Source of the DNA: Oculina patagonica
Taxonomy: Eukaryota
Length of the DNA stretch: 64,000 nt
Assembly (NCBI RefSeq): GCF_052425735.1
Contig: NC_135759.1
Coordinates: 43,152,001 to 43,216,000, forward strand
Direction of reading: 5' to 3'
In this document: in pieces, positions 25,318 through 37,700 of the stretch
Layout: each line of letters begins with the position of its first letter
How positions within the stretch are numbered: position 1 is the first letter of the stretch
The notes under the pieces: model-generated
Seen by the model: only the letters and a program-made list of their open reading frames with translations
The model's database searches: none
Told to the model about the DNA's origin: nothing
Program-made: the position numbers and the translations under genes

Positions 25318-27101
25318 GATGAACTGTTGGTTGGGCTATTTAGTTTTCTTTGTGGAAAACCATTTTTCTTCAGGATAGTTGAAAACGTTCATTGGGAAGC
25401 CTTAACCAGTTAAACCGTTTTTACAAGTTGGTCAACCAAACCAATAAAGTGTCTTCTTTTGTTGACAACTTTTTTCCAATAACTTGTAAAAACAACCATT
25501 CAAGAATGGTTGATTCTAAAAGGGTTTCGCGCAATTTTTCGTTGTTCTAATAATCATCGTTTGTTTTCTTACACCACAGCCAGGAGACGAAGTGGAATTT
25601 GTTGTGGTTCAGAATCAGAAGACTCGTAAAATGAGCGCCTGCAGCTTACGAAGGATCTGGTAAGTGTATTCCTTTACCTTGACATCTTTAGATTGCCTTC
25701 GTCTTCTCTGTTCTTGTCTAGTTTTTTTTTCTGTCACCTACCCAATAATTGTAGTAGATTTTGGAACACATTTAAATAAGAAAATTAACGATAAAAAGTA
25801 ACCTGACGTTTCGATGACTTCACGTCATCATTATCAAAAGTGCAATAGAAAAAAATAGGGATACAGTAATTAACTGACTTAAAACATGGCAATCGACATC
25901 CATCATTGGATACTGTTTCTGGTGTTACAATAAAGCTGAGACTCCTCCAGGAGTTTAAGGGAATAAGAGCCGGAACATGGGAACAAAAGGGGGGAAAACT
26001 GGGAACACGGAAAGGGAACATGTCCCCACCCCCTCCCCCGGGAGGGCCTCAAAGGTCCTTCAAAAGTCATCTAACAATCAGTCCAGGCGAAAAAGCGTTA
26101 TTTTCAAACGAACCCCTTTCTTGTTACTTATTGATTGACTTTAATGCCTCTGCCGAGAGGAGACGCCTGTAGTTCAGTTGTAATGGTTTTGAGGCGATCC
26201 TTCACCCAAGAACAGCTTTATAACCCCAGCTCAATGAACAAACTAATTGTATTCATGATTTGCAATAGACCGGGACGAATTCGTACTAATTTCTGAATGC
26301 CATGTGCTCGGTGCATGTTTTGAGAACTTAAAGAGTAGCTTGTAACACTGTCTTACTATTATCTGTTTTGTTTTTTGTGCAGCGATTCTCAGCGACCTGA
26401 AAGGCTCATACGAAGAACGTTTTCTGAGAGTGTCGAGAGTCCTGGACCAAGGTGAGAATTCAATACCAAATTTCTCGTTAAAGTAAGCAACATCATGTGA
26501 TTCAGAATGGTAACGAGAAATAAGGAATTCACCACCTACGAGATTCTCTTATATTTTTTATAGAAATGTTTTGCAATTGTTTTTTTTTTAAGTAGAAGGG
26601 GCAGGGTGAGGGAGGGGGGGGGGGGGACTTCACAAGTTCTCAGTTTATTTGCTCTTCCCATTATCTGATACATTTTGGTTTATAGCGTGGTCTGTTGTGG
26701 TTGATGTAAATTTTTGTAACTCTTGTCTCATTATTTCTTGTTACTCTAGTCTAGTATTAAGGGTACATATATACTGGCGTGTTTCCAACGGGGTTTGTTT
26801 GCCTTTAATCTCCCTTCAGTACTACAAAAAAACGTGTCAGTAAAGCGAACTTCAGTGTTGACTTAACTTTTATTTTCCCGGCAGGATTGAAGTGATACGT
26901 AAACCCACCGGGCCGGATGGAACGAGAGGGTTTACATACACACGTACTCTGAGGGGCTTGTCAGATACACCCTCCAACCCCGCCCAGGGGTCTCCCGAGA
27001 ACGGAACAAGCGTCACCCCGGCCAAGTTAGAGAACGGGACAGCTGCTGAGGAAGGAAACGTGTTTGAAGATCTTGTCGCCAAGATATGTGATCAGAATTG
27101 A
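5090..27101 (+). CDS. CSDE1: Cold shock domain-containing protein E1 (UNR) ortholog, 27 coding exons, about 887 aa
   Basis: Phase-consistent exons: 5090-5110, 5554-5678, 5984-6017, 6518-6614, 6927-7021, 8028-8102, 8603-8659, 8772-8872, 14117-14180, 15456-15518, 15652-15738, 17796-18063, 18829-18911, 19275-19370, 19512-19559, 19770-19841, 20849-20931, 21508-21616, 21809-21901, 22331-22410, 22864-23053, 23582-23746, 24178-24285, 24688-24771, 25580-25659, 26383-26451, 26885-27101. Total 2664 nt, ending in TGA. The translation has CSDE1 hallmarks: [111 protein letters not shown], and the SUZ-C motif [14 protein letters not shown]. Confidence 0.95.
7099..7210 (+). mobile_element. tRNA-derived SINE-like repeat (tRNA-like head) in a CSDE1 intron
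   Basis: A-box TAGCTCAGTTGG and B-box GGTTCGATTCC are present. The acceptor stem is GAGTCTCT/AGGGACTC and the loop is CCGGTAT, followed by a T-rich tail. A related copy with the same CCGGTAT loop is at about 43652-43740. Confidence 0.65.
9130..12651. mobile_element. hAT-like element expanded by nested insertions
   Basis: Perfect 14-bp inverted termini CAGGGTTCAAAATA (9130) and TATTTTGAACCCTG (12638-12651), with subterminal TGTCGGCT motifs at both ends. The 8-bp flanks do not match as a TSD. Confidence 0.55.
10636..12116. mobile_element. piggyBac-like non-autonomous element nested in the hAT-like element
   Basis: TTAA|CCCATTGACGCCTG on the left and a degenerate CAGGCGCC..CCGG|TTAA on the right. 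TTAA TSD and CCC terminus are piggyBac traits. No transposase ORF. Confidence 0.5.
12851..13881. mobile_element. Tc1/mariner-type foldback element with about 290-bp inverted arms
   Basis: TA|CAGTG...CACTG|TA ends. The arm at 12851-13184 is nearly the reverse complement of 13591-13881, except that the left arm carries an extra segment of about 44 bp. Confidence 0.9.
14350..14819. mobile_element. TA-flanked MITE (Tc1/mariner-like)
   Basis: Perfect 22-bp TIR CCTTATTATAGGAAATTAACGC, TA on both sides, and many internal CGCGTTAATTT repeats. Confidence 0.88.
15859..16358 (-). mobile_element. Internally deleted RTE-clade non-LTR retroelement
   Basis: The minus strand reads an RTE/Rex3-like 5' region (CCTTGTCCTGGTGGGGGAGCTTGCGTGCCTCAATGACC...), then the endonuclease N-terminal motif [16 protein letters not shown], then directly a short 3' end with a (TAAG)n tail. 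Candidate TSD GCATATA at 15852-15858 and 16359-16365. Confidence 0.75.
17531..17676. repeat. Palindromic hairpin repeat
   Basis: TATATCAAACACTCAAGATGGTGTTTCATC pairs with GATGAAACACTGTCTCTTGTGTTTGATATA. Confidence 0.7.
19992..20119. mobile_element. PIF/Harbinger-like MITE
   Basis: TIR ..CCGGTTGTTCAAAGGGTGGATAA / TTATCCACCCTTTGAACAACTGGG.., CTG on both flanks, internal GGATA/TATCC repeats. Confidence 0.8.
22070..22147. repeat. (GAT)n microsatellite
   Basis: Visible GAT run; it is the source of the spurious poly-Ser ORF at 21926-22150. Confidence 0.95.
23078..23236. repeat. Near-perfect hairpin of about 160 bp (Crypton-type terminal palindrome-like)
   Basis: Arms GTGAAATTAGGAAATAATTTCAC...TTTTGTCAAAATGCTAATAATTTCCC and their reverse complement surround the loop GAGCCTTTAGGCGA. 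Confidence 0.8.
25233..25317. repeat. (TTA)n microsatellite, possibly a retroelement 3' tail
   Basis: Pure TTA run preceded by AATAAA; it is the source of the spurious poly-Leu ORF at 25216-25413. Confidence 0.95.
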
Positions 27102-27858
27102 GAATGGAAAGTTCATAACACAGGCTATTGCCAAAAAGTGATTACTGTAATATAGGAAATTGCATGCCAAATACAGTAGTATCGATTTCTTGCTTGCTAA
27201 TTAGTTGTTCAATCGGTGGTAGATAAACGCCGTTTTACTTTAGTTATATACTAGCTGTGCATTTATTTCTCATATCGCCTTGATTTGGCGTCTTTATTTT
27301 GTAATCTCAAACTTATTCCTCCTGTTATGGATTTTTTTTGTTTTATCATTTTGCATAATTACGTCAATTTTTCCAGTGCATCTTTTCTTTTCTTTATGAG
27401 TCATTTTTTCTTAATTCCCCGATTACCACAGAAATCAAGTTCACACAGTAAGACACGATCCTGCCAACATTTTCTTTACGATTTCTAACCGAAGCAGTGA
27501 TATCAATTTTCTCCTGAAAGAAGAACCCTACAACGCTTTTACAATGGAAACGGTGCATTTGACTTGTGTGAAAATGCATTAGCCCAAGACAGCAAATCTT
27601 TTGTCTCGTTCCTCAGGAGAGACCACGCAAGAAAGGTGTATAGTGTAAAACGTTTGTGAAAGCCAAATTACAACTCCCAGCGTTGGAGAGGAGAAATTGA
27701 CTAGGCCCTGCGGTAATCTTATCAAGATGCTTGATTCAGAATAATGCACCACTTTTATTAGTTTCCTTAGGTTTTGCGCACAAAGTGTGAATGAAAATAA
27801 TTAGGGTAATTTTAGTTTAGTATATAATTAAAATGTCGATGTACATCACTTATGGAGT

Positions 27859-27864
27859 AATAAA
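27859..27864 (+). terminator. Candidate polyadenylation signal of CSDE1
   Basis: AATAAA about 760 nt after the stop codon, followed by GT-rich sequence. Confidence 0.5.
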
Positions 27865-28334
27865 ATTGTAAGTCAAAAGTGTTCAGTGTCTCGAGGGTGT
27901 TACTTTCTTATCGGTGAACTGCAAGTGATGAGTTGTATACGATTTTAGTGGGCAATGATTTTGTTTTGGTAAGGGAGAAGCATTTATTTATTTCGGTTGC
28001 AAGTTAATGTGGTTGAACTGTGAAAGATTTTCTTACATTCGAACATCTCGGAGGAAAATTTACAAGATTTGCCAAAATGCGAGCAAGTCGGGGGCAAAAA
28101 TTCGATATGGCCGCGAGGGACTTGAAGCCTTTACTATTGACCAATAAAATTGCCGAAAATGTTGGAAACTAGGTTAACAACCTAATAAAGTTAAGTGATA
28201 ATAATATCTCATCGAAATTTGCCAATCAAGCTAAGTTTGCTGGGACATTGGAAGAGGCTATCCATTTAAACAAAGATTAAAAGGTTCCGTTTCCGTGACT
28301 TAAATTAGGGTAATTATAAGTTAGGGGAGACCTG

Positions 28335-28861
28335 GGGCGCTTTCCTTTTGTATGGAAAACGCAGTTGTTTCGGTGGTAAATCAAATGGAACATAAAACAG
28401 ACTTTCTTCACTGGATATTTTTCGGAAAAAGAGGAATACCTTCCGAGGTATTACCTTTTTTCCCGGAATGATCAGAAATTTCTGTTCCATTTGCTACAAC
28501 CAGACTGTTCGTTCACAGAGCAAGATTAACAATTGAACCAAAGAACACAAATTGACCTGTTGAATTCATTCAAATAAATCCAAAATTCCTTTCGAGTGTA
28601 GATAGAGGACGTTTCTTCTCAAAGAACGAGAAATTTTCCCTTGAACGTTCTTCAAGGCTTCACGAAGAAGGAAAATAATAGAGTACACAAGTTTCATTCT
28701 CGATCGCCATGTTTTTTTCACCCAGGCTCTTCGCGGTGTAATCAAAATGGAATTTTCAAAAGGAACAGCTTCTTTCCGTTCCATTTACGTGATGAAAAAA
28801 TTGCACTGTTCCATTTGTCGAAAAATTCTCACCGAAAATTCCATGTAAATGGAAAGCGCCC
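28335..28861. mobile_element. PIF/Harbinger-like MITE
   Basis: CTG|GGGCGCTTTCC ... GGAAAGCGCCC|CTG, with a 3-bp TSD. Confidence 0.85.
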
Positions 28862-29303
28862 CTGGGTTTTACAAAATGAGAAGACGGTAAGCTGGGATCA
28901 CGGTTAATGAGATATTGAATAATGTAACCAAATGAAACAAGTGATTCTATTTTGTAGCTTTATTTTTATGTAAGACTTGAACATTGCCTGTAACAGCTTC
29001 GTTGAACACCAAACACCTGTAAAAATAAAACAAAAGCATATTGTTAGGGCTCAGCGTCGGTTTCATTCTCATTAGGGAGTTTTAACGTATTTTTCTATCT
29101 TCGAAATTTTTCCTCTCAAGAATGAAACCATAAACGTTTGGCATGCCCTCGAAACACCAACGTTGATCGGTCAAACCACCAAAACTGATTTACATTATAA
29201 CTGTATTATACAAGATGCCTACCACATAAACAACAATAATTTAATAATTTCATGAAACATTTTTCTGACTATCAGTAAAATTGCCTGTGAAACATTTTTT
29301 ATC

Positions 29304-31178
29304 ATATATATAGCGAGAATTTTAAGCAATAAACCTTGCAAATAGAATTCTATATTTGCTATATTTCACATGTGAAAAAAGCGATACGTCCAATCAGCTT
29401 CACGTATAGCTTTCTTCACATGTGAAAAATATAACCAATCAGCGTCTAGAGTGGAACGCCTTAACCAATCACAGCGGAAGAATTCAAATGGTTTCCAACG
29501 AGGTTGAGAAAGCGAGCCGCAAGTTTGCTCCCGACGGCAGTTTATGTTTTGAAAACATGGCTACACGTTTTCTTCCTTTACAAAAGTTTAGCTTTTAAGA
29601 ACTTAATGGAAATGCAAGCCAACAGAAACACGCTAAGCAAAACCTAAAGAATACAGCAGTGATAAAAATCATTCTTCAAAGGCGAAGCGAAGACAGGCGA
29701 AGGCGAAGTGTCGATAAGTGAAAGCGAAGACAAGACTTTCATCGGAACTAACAACACATCTGCCATCGCTAGAAATCGCGGACATTGAAGTCGGCGAATT
29801 TTGATGTATCTTACATTAAGCGCTCACGAAACTTGGTAATAGCCGCTGACTCGAAAGCCTGACTTTGGGCTCATACACATCTACGATGATACACAAAAAT
29901 GCGGCCTACACAGAGAAATATTTTGTGAAGTAGGAAAACCACTGGTCAAGAATATTGCCTGATAATAAAACTGGAGGAAAAGATCTTTCAAACGATGGCT
30001 TTTGCGGCAAAATTGGAGCAAAGACAGCTGAAATATCGTAGCTCAAAGACAGCGGATTTTGGGAATTTAACGTGGACTGCCGCCGTGTGTTTACAGTATG
30101 CGATTTTTTGTGGTTTTCTAACGGCAAAGATACAAATGAAATCTAATCGGAAGGAGATGATAATCTTTTGGTGAGTTAGATTCGTGTTTAGTTTTATTAA
30201 ATCTGCTTGCACATTTTTTCGATCACATTCAGTTTGCCGATAATCCCTGTTTATAAACTTTAAGTTTTCGGTTTTCGCCATACATTCCTTCTCAACGCCT
30301 TATAATTGTGGTCTCAAAAACTGTTCGCAGAAAACTTTCATGAATACAAATGAAATTCGAAGTCTGCACTTCAATTCTTGTACAATGTTGTTCTTAATAC
30401 ACCAGTCTATTGTGTTCCGCTTGCACATTTTTACATTTGTTAATTTGTCAAGAAATATTTAATAAAACATTTCATTCTCCATACATTTTCTTTGTAATCC
30501 TTGCGTTCGCTTCTTCGGTCAATGCACCGCAGGACATACTATTCGCGGACTCGGAGGTCCGCGATTTCTGGAGATGGGACTTTCTAAGAATATTCAGACA
30601 CTTTTGGGATCGTCTTGGTTAAGTAAACTGTATTTTTAATCTGGATTTACGTGGTAATTATTGTTTAATTAACCGACTCGTTGTGTTGCCACAATTTGTT
30701 CACAATCCGCCAGTTGATTCGCCAGTAGTTTATTCGCTTGTGGCGAAGTTTCCTCGATGCGATACGAAGTTTTAAACGTAAATGTAACGCAGTGTGTTTA
30801 ATTAAATAAAGTTTTTGTCTAGGAGAGTTTGTCGCCAGTATTTTTTTCTTTTTACATGTATATTATTGAAATAGCGAATTCGCTTGTATAAAGCTATGTG
30901 CATTTTCAGCTTTGTTTTCTCGCGCCGTTAACTACAGATGTTGTATGTCAAAGGTTTTAAACTGGAAAAATTGGCGTAAAGTGTTGAATGGTTGAATTCT
31001 CGTTATATATATAATAAACAAATTACAGCATAGAAAGTGCTTTGTACGGATTTTTATTCACACGTTGCAAAACTTTGGAAAACTCACTCGTTCGCTACGC
31101 TCACTCGTTCGTTTTCCCAAAGTTTTGCAACTCGTGAATATAAATCCGTACGGCGCACTTTCTATGAAGTAATCTATA
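29304..31178 (+). mobile_element. Degenerate Crypton-like (tyrosine-recombinase DNA transposon) derivative
   Basis: 18-bp inverted repeats at 29304-29321 and 30995-31012, followed by a hairpin of about 150 bp (31022-31173, loop CTCGTTCGCTACGCTCACTCG). A broken reading frame from ATG 29557 (MATRF...ELNGNAS/NRNTLSKT) resembles Crypton N-termini from memory. Confidence 0.5.
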
Positions 31179-31271
31179 TATATGGGCACATTTGCCAGTA
31201 ACAGAACTAATAAAAAAGACTAGAAAAGCATTTCCCAAATTTACTACATTTCGCATCACATGCTGTGTTAA

Positions 31272-31576
31272 AGTCTCCGCACACGTGGAACACGTCGTAG
31301 GGACATGTTGCAGCAACATGTAGCAGCGACAAAATAATGTGTTGTTCACACTGAGGGGACATGCAGCGGGGACGATTTTGCGGCAGTTTTGTCCCTGCGG
31401 CTTGTTGCACAGAATTATACGAATACGACATGTCTCGCTACATTTTCTTGCGTATGTACACATTGTGATTTTGTCGCTGCTTCATATCCCCTCAGTGTGA
31501 GCAACACAAGATTTTGTCGCTGCTACATGTTGCTGCGATTTGCCCCTGCGTCTTGACGCCACGTGTGCGGAGACCT
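31272..31576. mobile_element. MITE with TTAA flanks
   Basis: TIR GTCTCCGCACACGTGG / CCACGTGTGCGGAGAC, TTAA on both sides, internal inverted CAACATGTAGCAGCGACAAAA. Confidence 0.8.
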
Positions 31577-31763
31577 TTAAGGAAGAGGGCTGGTTGGTAA
31601 TATTACTTCAACTGCAGGTTGAAGCTAATAGCGCCGACGAAGACAGGTCGGCGTGGTCTTGCACCGTCTTCAGATCCTTTCCCGAGACCAGACTTGCGCA
31701 GAAAACGTGCATGGTTAATTCTCAGTATATTTTAGATTAAAATCAAGGTTAAATTAAGTTACC

Positions 31764-34700
31764 TTACGATGCACACTTGTATTTGACGTGGATATATTTG
31801 GATGAGATAACTGCACACGGGTTTCCATACACATCATTAGATGCATGAAGCTCACAGGTGTCTTTCCCATCACAAGCTTTTTTTATCTGTAATTAAACAA
31901 AATAAATTAGTTGTTTAATTCATAAGAAATCTTCTTCCTTGTACGATGGCTTAATTTTTTATTACCATCAGCTTCGTAAAGTCAACTCTCCAAAAGGCGG
32001 ACACGCCCGGGGCGTCGTTAAGTGTTCGTTATAGCGAGAGTCCGGAATAGCGGGAGCCATTTCCAGTCAAATCTCTTTCGCCGGGGATCTCAGTTTTGTC
32101 CGTAATAGCGAGCTGAAGTGTCCGCAGTAGCGGGGTGTCCGCAAGGCGAGAGATGACTGTATAGCTTTCTCCGATCAGGAAAATATGTGCAGAATCCGAT
32201 ATGATACCGTAGGTTATGAAAGGTTTAACCGAGCGGGATTTGGGTTAGCAAACGATAAAAAGGCATGCATCTTGCCTGTTCTGGTATCTCGTACAACGAG
32301 CGAAAGGCGGTTGAAGTGAACAGATAAAATTGAAAGCGAACATGGCTGGAGCAGTTCTAATGTTTTCGTGTAGTATTCCGGTGCGCTCAGCCAATAGGCA
32401 CTTTTAAGAACCCTGTGGTGTGATAAAAATGGTCTTCAATAACGTTACCGTACCTTAGCTTCCGACCCTTTGGCTTCACAGTTAGTGTTCATCCCGACTC
32501 CACATTTAAACATCTGTTTTCTTCCATAGTAAGCACGTGTAATCTTGATCTTCCTTCCACCGTAACACGTGATTGTACCCCTGCTGTTCTGACAGATGAA
32601 CTTTTCGTACGTGTACGAATCTAGTGACAGATCGAAAATGTCTTTTAAGAAAGTTTTTAGTACTATTTAATCAGACAATAGTCTACACATTGTGGTTTCA
32701 TAACAGAGAGAGGAACCTCAAAGGAAATCAGCTGTGTAAGAGGTCACCGGGACTCTAAATCACTGATGCAAATCTTCTGTTTTACTTCTTTTAAAATTGT
32801 CTTAAGCTGCGACTGACTAACTTCTGACTTTTACTGACTACTAACTTCAACCTCGAAGGTTCATCAATTATATAGCTGTATTGAAGACATGTTTGGGTAC
32901 GATTCTCGGTGACCTCGGAAATATTGAGACAATTCTGAAACTTAGACACTTCTTGTGTGAGCAAAATCTTGAATAACCTTAGACTATAAACTCGTAACCA
33001 AGAAACCTTAAAAAAAACGACACAAGCTTCGAAGCACTAACCCAAACATGACGAAGCTAAGCTAAGGGCTCTTATAAGATAAACTACTTGAAACCTTGGT
33101 GTGGGCTATCGGGCCCTGAAATCACAAGACTCGTACGGAAGCAACAAAATGACAAAAAAAGGCAATGAACCAAAAAAATTAATTTTTAAATGATAATTGT
33201 ACGCTTCACAACTTGTTATCAATCCTTGTAAACACTGTTACTAACCATTAACTCTAGCTCACTTGCATATCCCATTTTCCGCTATTTTCTTTTCAGGCAC
33301 AAGCGCACATGCTTAGTACCAAACAATTTTTCATTGCAGTTAACTAAAGCTAGTTTGTTTTCACACTAACCAGACGGGCAGTTGTAATGTAAATTCACTT
33401 GTTGAATGTCGATGTCACTTAGTGTCTCCCAATGCCCAATCGTCACCTGTATAAAAGTTCAACAACTTAAGTTAGCTGTAAAAAAAATCACATCTTCATC
33501 CTTGCACTCGTAAAAAGAACTCAGCTTAAAACGAAGAGAAAATATCCATATCCCAAATTTCATTTTGTAAAATGATTGAAAAACGAACAGTACACATAAA
33601 TATAATGGTCAATAGGTTTCATTTGATTGGTCGCGAACAGGGGTTTTATCCACAGCGTTAAAATTACAGATTTAAAACAACTGTTTAGCGAAAGGGCTGA
33701 CTTAAAAATCTGGTTTTTTTCTATTCAACGAAGAAACAGGTAAATAAATTATGTGAATTCCTGGCTTACTCCTGGGTCGTTTGGAACCAATGTTTTCTCG
33801 TCGTTTTTGGAAGCGAACCCATCTCCGTAGTGCATAATACTGGAGTAGTCATATGGAGTCACAAACGAACTAGGATCACTGTCGTTTTGTTTTGTGAAGT
33901 CCCAGCCACGCCCTAAAAAGAAATCAATATAAACCATAAATACCACATCACACCATTCTGAGGGTCTGAATGGGGTACCTTGATAACACTAAACACTTAA
34001 TATTTTGGCTCTGTATTAAACATGAAACAGTTAAATTTTAGGCATTTTAACACTAACAGTAAAATATTCACTGTAACAGTAAATTCTATCCAACAAGAAA
34101 CAAAAAACGGCTCAAAAATACCAATTTAATTTTGTTTAGTATATCAAGAAGTTTTCGGCCATTTTCCGACGATTCCCGATCATATATTTCGGAAGATTTC
34201 TGAATACAGTCGAAGTTTCCAGGAAACTGACGAAGATTTCCGAATAATATCGAAGATGACCAAAGACTACCGAAGGTTTCCGAGGAGACGCATATCAAAG
34301 GCTCAAAGTTCATGAGTGATTTTATTACCGAGTTTTGAAGAGCAGATAAGATTTTACAATGCTTAAAGACTATGGATTTTTCACGAAAAACCCTCCAAAT
34401 ACTTAACAGTATTTTCTCCGGAAACAGTAAACATTAAAAAATTGGCCGGTTTAACACTAAACCCCATTCAGACCCTCCATTCTGTTCCCAAGTTTAAACA
34501 ATAAAACTTTTTGCTTGGTTTACACACTGCTGTTTAAATTTGGGATCAGATTTAAATCTTATATGGCGACCAACTACAGAGATCAAAGACGAAATAGTTT
34601 TATAGTCGTTTATATTTACAACAAAAAATTGAAGGTAAATGCAAATGAGGCATTTTCTAATCGAGATGCCTAAGAATGCCAAAGTGTGTCTCACCAGGTG

Positions 34701-37700
34701 CATAAATTAAACTTAAACTTGAACTTAAGCTTTATTATTTGTTTTTGATATATTGTACAGTAACCCGAGTTGAAGAGATATCTTCTTCACACGTTTAACT
34801 CTTCTCAACGGCACTCAAGAGACATTTAGCATTCGACAAAAATATTCCAAACTGATGAAAATTAGATTGCGAGTTGTTGAAAAAATAATCGCTAAATTCC
34901 TAGTTGTCGAAAACTAGAAAGTTTTAATTTTCTCTTTTAGAAAAGAGGAACTCGCTTGGTTATCGACAGCTAAAAGTTTAGCATTTTGTTGTCGACAGCT
35001 CGCCTCACACACTACGTTTTTTTTGTTGTCGCTCACATTTAGCTGTCGATAACTAATATTTCCCACGCCGACCACTAAATGTCTAGTCTGCGGAGGTCAA
35101 AATTGATTTTTGAGAACAACCGAACCCAGGCTTAATATGTTTTTTTTTTCAGTATTTTAGCTTTCTTTCACCTTGAAAATTACTTTAAACATCAGTACTA
35201 AAGACAAATGTTCCATATAACCTTCTTTGATGTTTTCCCACTTGACTGTCACGTAGTCATCACGGTCTGGACGCGTGTGCTCGTGTAAATAACCAATCAC
35301 GTGACCTAGTTTGAAAGAAACAGTGTATTATAGAAACAATCAGTATTTTCTGCTCCGCGCGCCGTGTAGCCTCCCACGCAGTCGTTCTTAGATCGCCCCT
35401 AAGAACGACTGGGTGGAAGGCTACGCGCCGTGCAGATGAATAAGCAATTTTCGAGTTACCCTTTGCCTTTGTTTCAAAACGAGTCTACCTGCGAAACCAT
35501 TCAAATGTAATAAGTTTAATATGCATGAACATGGACCTGTAGGTGAAACGTATTTTTACATGAAGGGTTTCGCACGTAGACTCGTTTTGAAACAGAGGCA
35601 AAGGGTAACTCGGAAATGGCCTATTAAATCTATCAATATGACTGTTTGCTCAAGTGTTCTAGATTTTTTTCTGTCTGGACCACTCTCACAGATCAACCTT
35701 TCAAGTGGCTTACCATAAAAGCTGTTAATCCCCCGCTTTTTTAGCCCCCTCTCAATAAACCCCATTTATTATGAACCAAAAACAAACGAGGGTGGTTAAG
35801 ATTTGGGAAGATTAAGCCGGATCCTGGAAAACGGATTGGAAAAATTCAAAAGGTCCCCACTAACTTGCACACTGAGCAAGCTTGCGTAAGAACACTGAAT
35901 AACGCAAAAGCTTTATAAACCCCCCTCTCCCCGGAAGGTATTTTTTCTCAAGATCTTTTAAAAGCCGCAAATAAATGATGATGATGATGATGGTGATCAA
36001 AAGGGTGGGTGAAACGAATCATATGTCAGTTAGTGTGCACGAAGATGAAATAAGTGCTCTTAAGTACCACATGAATAGCTTGAAAAGCGTAAAGTTTTCT
36101 TGTTTTCCTGTTCATAAAGTGCCATGATCTGCCATCCAGAGAAGGTACGGGGTGGTTATTACAATATTACGTATTTGGTTTTTCTATCTAAAAAATCTTA
36201 AGTATTATTTTTTTAATTTAACGGTTATTCTGCACATGGAAAAATGTATAAGTCTTAGTAGTATTAAAAGTAAAAAAGAGTTAAAATTGATTTGTACATA
36301 AACGGTAACGTTGCTTACTGAAGTTGATACAGGCTTTCAGTTTTCTGTCACTGATCAGTAAGTTTTTAGAGACCTTTTCAACTACTAGTTGTTATGAATA
36401 GGGTGCAACATGAGCAGGTAAGAAACACCAATGGACTAACCGAGCTCGTGAAGGATCATGCCATGCCACCAACATCGAGGAGCGAGCAGGAGTCGGTACA
36501 CACTGCCTGTGTAACCTATGTCGGTCGCGGCACAACTGAAAACAGTAACAACCATGCCAGACCTTAGCAATGACATCACTGTTGTACACTTATTTTAATG
36601 TAAGTTCTGATAATTTAGTGGCACATTACGATAAAATATCCTAGTTTGTGATTTCTTTATTCAAATGACCTGCCTTTGTTTCACTGTATCGATACTGTAA
36701 GGGGAATCTTTATGATTACCGTTTTTGCATTCTTTGGGAGTGAATAAGGTACATTGAAAGAGTCTCACGCCCTGTCCCTAAAAGGGAAGCTTCGAGCCAG
36801 GTGGCCTATACTGCCGAAGCTTATCCCGGTTTCGATAGCAGTGGCTAGGAATATTTCTACTCCTCCTGGATGGGATGCTAGTCCATCGCAGGGTACCCAC
36901 CATTATTATTTTGCCGGTACCCAATTTTTATTTTTTATTATACATATCATTTTTGCAAACAATTTATTTTGTCTTTCCAGGCCCTGCAAACAATTTTTTT
37001 CAATATTTTTCATCCCCTCCCCCCTCCAAAAAAATAATGGTCCGTCCCTAAGCGCCTGAGTACAAAGCAGATCATGCCCACATAAATTATCATAAATTAC
37101 TTACACTTCTCTGTCGTTGTTAACAATCAGAAGATAGGCTTTTTCGTTGGATCGTGGTACAAATTTCACACAAGATTTATCCATCCATTCTTTCATAGCT
37201 CCAGCGATAGCATCTCCTGCTTTAACACTCTTTTCTTTAACATTCAATAGATAAACACAATTTTAATATTAAAAATTAGCAGAAAATCCTGAACCGCTAA
37301 TGTTTAGCGATTGGTCGACTGATGGTAAACATTAGGATATTTAACTATAAAAGACTTGATCATTTAAGTATGCGCAGTTCCTTTCAAACCAACCTTCACG
37401 GAGCTTGAAACAAAAAATTACTCATGCGCAAGTAAACATTACGGCATAAAAACTGGAAGCGGGCGAAAGAGGGATTCTTATTCCTGAAAGGAAAGACGAA
37501 TACGAGCAACGGCTTTGAGGAAAGGAAGAAAATACAGCTCTTACTCAACATAGAAACGTTCAGCATTTCCATCGCTATTCTGTGGTAAATTCTGTCCGAA
37601 TGGAGTGAGACTACATCGTGTGTCAATTTTTCTGTCTTAAATGTTATTAAAATACACTCTTTTTATTTTATAAGAATATCGAGGTTGAATTTTGCGAATT

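Noticed and set aside
25216-25413. Poly-Leu signal-peptide-like ORF
   Set aside because: Translation of an intronic (TTA)n microsatellite.
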